From contig JBDKEN010000002.1 in NCBI GenBank assembly GCA_039795225.1, positions 1,012,880 through 1,076,879 of the forward strand: a DNA stretch of 64,000 nucleotides, given 5' to 3'. This document shows, piece after piece, positions 59,467-64,000 of the stretch. Source of the DNA: Bacteroidota bacterium (GTDB taxonomy: Bacteria; Bacteroidota; Ignavibacteria; Kapaibacteriales; Kapaibacteriaceae). The notes under the pieces were generated by a model. That model saw only the letters and a program-made list of their open reading frames with translations, was not told where the DNA came from and ran no database searches. A program made the translations under genes and the position numbers. The first letter of the stretch is position 1. Each line of letters starts with the position of its first letter.

Positions 59467-60594
59467 TTACAACTCAAACGGATGATCGCGAACAGCAGGG
59501 ATGCGCATCTTGATCAAGCGCTCGATGTCGCGCAATGAATCCCGATCCTCTGGCGTTGCAAGCGTTACGGCCACACCGCTGTTGCCGGCGCGTCCTGTTC
59601 GGCCTATCCGGTGAACGTACGTCTCGGCTGCCTCTGGAACATCAAAATTGACAACGTAGGGCAGCTGGGCGATATCAATTCCGCGTGCCGCGATATCCGT
59701 CGCAACCAATACACGTGTGCGGCCAGTCTTGAAATCGTTCAGAGCCTTTTGACGGGCTGTTTGGGACTTGTCACCATGGATCGAAGCAGCACGGAGACCC
59801 GCCTTCGCAAGATCCTTGGTAACACGGTCGGCACCACGCTTCGTACGAGTGAAGACCAGGACGCTTCCATCCATCTTCTCCTCAAGCAGGTGCGTGAGTA
59901 GTGCCCGCTTCTGATCGCGCTCCACAAAGTACAGCCGCTGATCCACCTTCTCGGTGGTTGTGTTTTCTGGAGTGACGGCGATGTGGACAGGGTTGCTCAG
60001 CAGGGAATTCGCCAGATCGCGAATCTCACGTGGCAGTGTTGCCGAGAAGAACAGCGTGTGGCGTTGCGCCGGAATGAGACCGACGATCTGCCGGATTGAT
60101 GGCAAAAATCCCATGTCAAGCATCCGGTCTGCCTCATCCAGCACGAAGGTGTGGATATGCTTGAGATTCAGGGCACGGTGTTCGACAACATCGAGCAGAC
60201 GTCCTGGTGTAGCAATGATGACATCGACGCCACGACGGATCTGATCGATCTGTGGACGGATGCTCACACCACCCAGCAGAACCACTGAGCGAATGCGGAG
60301 CCCCTTGCTGTAGGAGCGAAAGCTTTCGTCAATCTGTACGGCCAGCTCTCGCGTAGGTGCGAGAATTAGCACGCGTGGTCCACCGCGAAACGGACCTTCG
60401 GAGTGCAGACGATGAAGAATCGGCAAGCCAAAGGCGGCCGTCTTACCGGTTCCCGTCTGGGCACAACCAAAAATGTCCCGACCGGACATGACAACAGGAA
60501 TTGCCTGTTCTTGAATAGGGGTTGGCGTTGAATAGCCAGCAGCTTCGACGGCCGATAATAGTGGCGCGCATAGCTGCAGTTCAGCAAAGGTCAT
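59467..60594 (-). CDS. rhlE: DEAD-box ATP-dependent RNA helicase (core only, no C-terminal extension)
   Basis: 375 aa with the Q motif, AQTGTGKT (I), DEAD (II), SAT (III) and HRIGRTGR (VI). AAGGAG Shine-Dalgarno 8 nt upstream. Confidence 0.9.
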   Translation of the reverse strand: MTFAELQLCAPLLSAVEAAGYSTPTPIQEQAIPVVMSGRDIFGCAQTGTGKTAAFGLPILHRLHSEGPFRGGPRVLILAPTRELAVQIDESFRSYSKGLRIRSVVLLGGVSIRPQIDQIRRGVDVIIATPGRLLDVVEHRALNLKHIHTFVLDEADRMLDMGFLPSIRQIVGLIPAQRHTLFFSATLPREIRDLANSLLSNPVHIAVTPENTTTEKVDQRLYFVERDQKRALLTHLLEEKMDGSVLVFTRTKRGADRVTKDLAKAGLRAASIHGDKSQTARQKALNDFKTGRTRVLVATDIAARGIDIAQLPYVVNFDVPEAAETYVHRIGRTGRAGNSGVAVTLATPEDRDSLRDIERLIKMRIPAVRDHPFEL

Positions 60595-60708
60595 AGACCT
60601 CTCCTTAAGAATGTGGGATATGTACGGTTCCCATCTCTAAAGCCGATCGCTGATCGGCTCCAATGCAACCGTGAATCACCACACTACCAGGAGAGAACGG
60701 GGCACAGA

Positions 60709-60736
60709 GAAGAAAAGCCGCGGTGCTTAAGCACCA
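60709..60736 (-). terminator. candidate rho-independent terminator downstream of icd
   Basis: Minus strand reads CUGGUGCUUAAGCACCGCGGCUUUUCUUCUCU: a short GC stem (GGUGC/GCACC, loop UUAA) followed by a U-rich tract, about 85 nt after the icd stop. Confidence 0.4.
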
Positions 60737-60820
60737 GTCACTGCTTGAGAATCTCTCAAGCGCTTTCGATGACGAACAAAGATACGAAGAAGTGTGGAAG
60801 AAGTGTGGAAAACCTCGGGG

Positions 60821-62053
60821 TTACGACTGGAGCCGAGCTCGCAGCTCGGTATCAATCGCATCGAGGAACTCCTCCGTGTAGAGATAATGCTCGCCGTGGT
60901 TAACCTTGTTGCCATGGATACATACAGCAAGATCCTTCGTCATTCTACCGCTCTCTACGACGTCGATACAGACCTGTTCGAGGGTCTGACAGAACGAGAC
61001 GAGTGCTTCGTTACCATCGAGCTTACCACGGAACTCTAAGCCCCGTGTCCATGCAAAAATGGATGCAATCGGATTCGTCGATGTCGGCTTACCCTTCTGG
61101 TGATCGCGATAGTGACGTGTAACTGTTCCGTGTGCGGCCTCAGCCTCCATGGTCATGCCATCCGGAGTAACGAGGGTCGACGTCATAAGACCAAGCGATC
61201 CGAATCCTTGCGCGACGGTATCGGACTGCACATCGCCATCGTAGTTCTTACAGGCCCACACAAAGTTGCCGTGCCACTTTAGCGCAGATGCCACCATGTC
61301 ATCGATGAGCCGGTGCTCGTAGGTGATGCCAAACTCTTCGAAGCGTGCCTTGAACTCCTGTTCGTAGATGTCTTGGAAGATGTCCTTGAATCGACCATCA
61401 TACTTCTTCAGGATCGTATTCTTCGTGCTGAGGTAAAGGGGCCAGCGCTTCATGATTGCCTGGTTCATACAAGCGCGGGCAAATCCTCGGATCGACTCGT
61501 CTGTGTTGTACATCGCAAGGGCGACGCCATCACCCTTGAAATTGTACACTTCGAATGATTGCGGCTCGGATCCATCCTCGGGGGTGAACGTAACGGTGAG
61601 CGTACCACGACCCTTTGTAACAAAGTCAGTTGCACGATACTGGTCACCAAAGGCGTGACGTCCGATGCAAATTGGCGCCGTCCAGTTGGGAACAAGTCGC
61701 GGTACATTGCTGCAAACAATAGGTTCACGAAACACTGTGCCGTCGAGGATGTTTCGAATCGTACCGTTCGGTGACTTCCACATCTTCTTGAGCTTAAACT
61801 CCTCAACGCGGGCCTCATCTGGCGTAATCGTAGCGCACTTAATTCCGACGTTGTACTTCTTGATTGCCTCAGCGGCATCAATCGTTACCTGGTCATCTGT
61901 AGCATCACGGTGCTCGATACCAAGATCAAAGTACTTGATGTCCAGCTCGAGGTATGGGAGGATGAGTTTTTCCTTGATGAACGTCCAGATGATACGGGTC
62001 ATTTCATCGCCGTCGAGTTCGACGACAGGGTTCGATACGATGATCTTCGTCAT
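60821..62053 (-). CDS. icd: NADP-dependent isocitrate dehydrogenase (homodimeric, eukaryote-like subfamily II)
   Basis: 410 aa, collinear with IDH1/IDH2-type enzymes ([21 protein letters not shown]...; [23 protein letters not shown]). Confidence 0.9.
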   Translation of the reverse strand: MTKIIVSNPVVELDGDEMTRIIWTFIKEKLILPYLELDIKYFDLGIEHRDATDDQVTIDAAEAIKKYNVGIKCATITPDEARVEEFKLKKMWKSPNGTIRNILDGTVFREPIVCSNVPRLVPNWTAPICIGRHAFGDQYRATDFVTKGRGTLTVTFTPEDGSEPQSFEVYNFKGDGVALAMYNTDESIRGFARACMNQAIMKRWPLYLSTKNTILKKYDGRFKDIFQDIYEQEFKARFEEFGITYEHRLIDDMVASALKWHGNFVWACKNYDGDVQSDTVAQGFGSLGLMTSTLVTPDGMTMEAEAAHGTVTRHYRDHQKGKPTSTNPIASIFAWTRGLEFRGKLDGNEALVSFCQTLEQVCIDVVESGRMTKDLAVCIHGNKVNHGEHYLYTEEFLDAIDTELRARLQS

Positions 62054-62100
62054 GCGGCAAGGGCAGAACGGTGAGTAAATGGGAGCGCGAAGATACGGAG

Positions 62101-63048
62101 TTAGAGACTCAGGATGTGGTTGGCTGCGGCACGACCCGAAAGAGCCGCTCCCTCAATTCGGGGTCCACCGAAGGCGTCGCCGGCAATGAGCACAAGGGGA
62201 GAATCGCTTGCACAGATGTATGGGGCTAGTGGCACGATCGTTGGTCGGGCGTACTTCCAGCCATGAATTTGCGCATCAACAACTGCTGAGGACAGATAGG
62301 GAGCCGCTGCCTCGAGGAGTGCTTGCATGGTCTGCGTGCGATCATGCTCCCATTGACGTCGGGCAAACTCCGGTGTGCTGTGGATGGTGACGCATGGCGT
62401 TGTCGAAATGCCCTTGGACATGTTCTCCGTGATAAGGGCAATCGAGGGGTGGTCGTTCAGCATGAGCGGTCCAGATGTTGCAATCTCAGGGCTCGCTGTC
62501 AGCGTCGCCATGACAGCAAAACATGGATCGTAGGCTTCCTCGTCCAGCAGGTGGCGATGTTCCGATGAAAGCTTCTCGATGCAGCCATCAAGAAGAATGC
62601 GAGTCTGTGGCAGGGGAGCGGTGATTATGCAGACATCGCCTACGACTTCATGACCCTCGACCAGTTGCGTCCGAACATCGTCATTTCGAATATCGACGGA
62701 AGTCACAGTAGTTGCGAGGCGCACGTCAAGGCCTGATGCTAGATGCTTGGTAATAGCATTCATGGACTGTGTGCCACGCCACCGGACGTGCTCTGGATGA
62801 TCGCCACTGAACCATGGGCAGACAACCCCCAGCTCAGCCCATGCATGAACAAGTCCCTGAAACCAGGTGGTCTGGGTTGTGAAGTACTGAGCCCCATGGT
62901 CAAATACAGCTTCACCGATTCGTCGGGTTGCCATGCGTCCACCAGGACCTCGACCTTTGTCAAGGATGACAACGTCGTGGTTTGCCTCATGAAGCATTCG
63001 AGCAGCGATGAGGCCAGACATCCCGGCACCAATAATTACGATCCTCAT
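62101..63048 (-). CDS. FAD-dependent oxidoreductase (renalase-like / amine-oxidase fold, COG3380-like)
   Basis: Start at [16 protein letters not shown] (Rossmann GxGxxG). C-terminal FAD-binding helix ([18 protein letters not shown]). Confidence 0.7.
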   Translation of the reverse strand: MRIVIIGAGMSGLIAARMLHEANHDVVILDKGRGPGGRMATRRIGEAVFDHGAQYFTTQTTWFQGLVHAWAELGVVCPWFSGDHPEHVRWRGTQSMNAITKHLASGLDVRLATTVTSVDIRNDDVRTQLVEGHEVVGDVCIITAPLPQTRILLDGCIEKLSSEHRHLLDEEAYDPCFAVMATLTASPEIATSGPLMLNDHPSIALITENMSKGISTTPCVTIHSTPEFARRQWEHDRTQTMQALLEAAAPYLSSAVVDAQIHGWKYARPTIVPLAPYICASDSPLVLIAGDAFGGPRIEGAALSGRAAANHILSL

Positions 63049-63088
63049 ACAGCAAGTTACTGAAGCTGACCCTGTCACTTCGAGCAGA

Positions 63089-64000
63089 TTACACGTCTGC
63101 ACGTGGCATAAGACGCTGAACCTTTTCGATGCAGATCACCTTGAGCTTCTCCGGAGATCGGATAGTTAGCACGTCTGCCCATGATACGATCCAGCCTACA
63201 AGCTCCGGTGAAAGCGGAGCAGTAATCTCCATCACGAGTGAGCCATCTCGCTTTCGGCGAAGTGTCTGTGTAGGATGCCACTGCCGTGCGGAAAAGAAAT
63301 CGGCGGCAGATCGATCAACATGTAGGCGGATGCGCTGCACATCACCATCATACACGCCAAAGCGCGCAGAAGTATATGCCACTTCATCGAACTCATGCAA
63401 CGGAAGGGTAACATCGTCGGCTCGTACGACGTGTTCAATTCGGTCAAGTGCAAGTGTGATGTACTTTTTGTGCTTCGGATGCCAGGCCGCAACGTAGAGC
63501 CGACCGGCATGATTGACCATTCGACAGAAGCTCACGACAAAGGTCTTGATCTCCCCACCATGAATAGAGCGGTATGTCACACGATCCCAATGCGGATCGG
63601 TAATCGCATATACGATCTGTTGCATGATACGATCGTCGATTGCACTGGTGTATCGACCGGGCGATACTTCGCACACGACGTCATGTCCGAGGAAGACCGT
63701 CCCCGGAACAATTCGCTCCAACTTTTTCTGCAGCCGAACGATGTCATCGTGGATACGCGTTGATCGAAATGCACCGAGTGCCCCCTTCAAGAGATGAAGT
63801 GCAAGAACTTCATGGTTCGACACAGCCAATGGCTGGAGCAGGCGGTACGAGGGTGGAACGAACCATTGTTGCTCTCGGCCAACACGCTCAGAAATCAGCG
63901 GTATGCCAGCCTGTTCGATTGAACGTAGATCACGTTGAATCTGGCGTTGACTCACGCGCGGAACATCGGAATCCGAAATACTATCGATGATCTCTCGTGT
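63089..64000 (-). CDS. WYL-domain transcriptional regulator (HTH + WYL), 5'-truncated by the window edge
   Basis: The reading frame stays open to nt 64000 (..TREIIDSISDSDVPRVSQRQIQRDLRSIEQAGIPL.. is a DeoR/HTH_11-like HTH). Downstream WYL-like region (YRSIHGGEIKTFVVSFCRMVNHAGRLYVAAWHPKHKKYITLALDRI) and a C-terminal WCTD-like part. Confidence 0.7.
   Translation of the reverse strand, partial: TREIIDSISDSDVPRVSQRQIQRDLRSIEQAGIPLISERVGREQQWFVPPSYRLLQPLAVSNHEVLALHLLKGALGAFRSTRIHDDIVRLQKKLERIVPGTVFLGHDVVCEVSPGRYTSAIDDRIMQQIVYAITDPHWDRVTYRSIHGGEIKTFVVSFCRMVNHAGRLYVAAWHPKHKKYITLALDRIEHVVRADDVTLPLHEFDEVAYTSARFGVYDGDVQRIRLHVDRSAADFFSARQWHPTQTLRRKRDGSLVMEITAPLSPELVGWIVSWADVLTIRSPEKLKVICIEKVQRLMPRADV

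Noticed and set aside
59428-59469. Stop-codon read-through or a sequencing error fusing the DEAD-box helicase to the RG-rich/DUF1801 protein (same frame, single TAA between them)
   Set aside because: Same-frame placement happens by chance one time in three. The 13 intervening codons (NSSAGPLCNSSVY) are not RG-rich and look like spacer. A good ATG with its own context exists at 59394. Kept only as a lower-probability alternative in the findings.
1-64000. CRISPR arrays, insertion sequences, integrases or prophage remnants
   Set aside because: No spaced direct repeats beyond a single 11-bp tandem duplication at ~60786..60808. No transposase, integrase or recombinase-like ORFs. The single tRNA gene has no flanking direct repeats. 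The window looks like stable core genome.

Overview
This 64-kb window is densely coding with almost no accessory content. I call about 57 CDS, one tRNA (tRNA-Ser, anticodon UGA, minus strand) and one RNase P RNA (rnpB, minus strand) that the ORF track cannot show. I found no transposase, integrase, CRISPR array or phage genes. Most genes are housekeeping: lipA, trmO-metH-purN, purM, recQ, mpl, rimM-trmD, rpoD, ctpA-like S41 peptidase, glyQS, dsbD, panC, ilvE, recG, queE, ftsQ-ftsA-ftsZ, dapD, icd, and a kynurenine-pathway pair (3-hydroxyanthranilate dioxygenase plus ACMSD). Lineage clues are three proteins with type-9-secretion (T9SS) C-terminal sorting domains, a 287-aa primary sigma-70 lacking region 1.1, mixed Shine-Dalgarno usage and about 55% GC. 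Together these point to an FCB-group bacterium (Bacteroidota, Rhodothermota, Ignavibacteriota or Chlorobi-like); this is an inference, not a database result. I see no clear-cut novel system. The best candidates for something undescribed are: (i) a translationally coupled operon of a membrane protein, a DUF1446 (AtuA-like) protein, a secreted DUF2279-like protein and a GT2 glycosyltransferase (17686..21363); (ii) a 1575-aa orphan T9SS cargo protein with its own long AT-rich leader and a strong terminator; (iii) a tail-less DEAD-box helicase followed in the same frame by an RG-rich/DUF1801 protein, behind a 226-nt structured leader; (iv) a pair of perfect DnaA-box consensus sites in inverted orientation at the ftsQ start, in front of a truncated dcw cluster; (v) a WYL-domain regulator cut by the window edge. 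Many six-frame ORFs are spurious antisense or out-of-frame artefacts of the GC-rich coding sequence. Several listed ORFs carry non-biological N-terminal extensions; I moved those starts to internal Met codons that remove overlaps with neighbouring genes.
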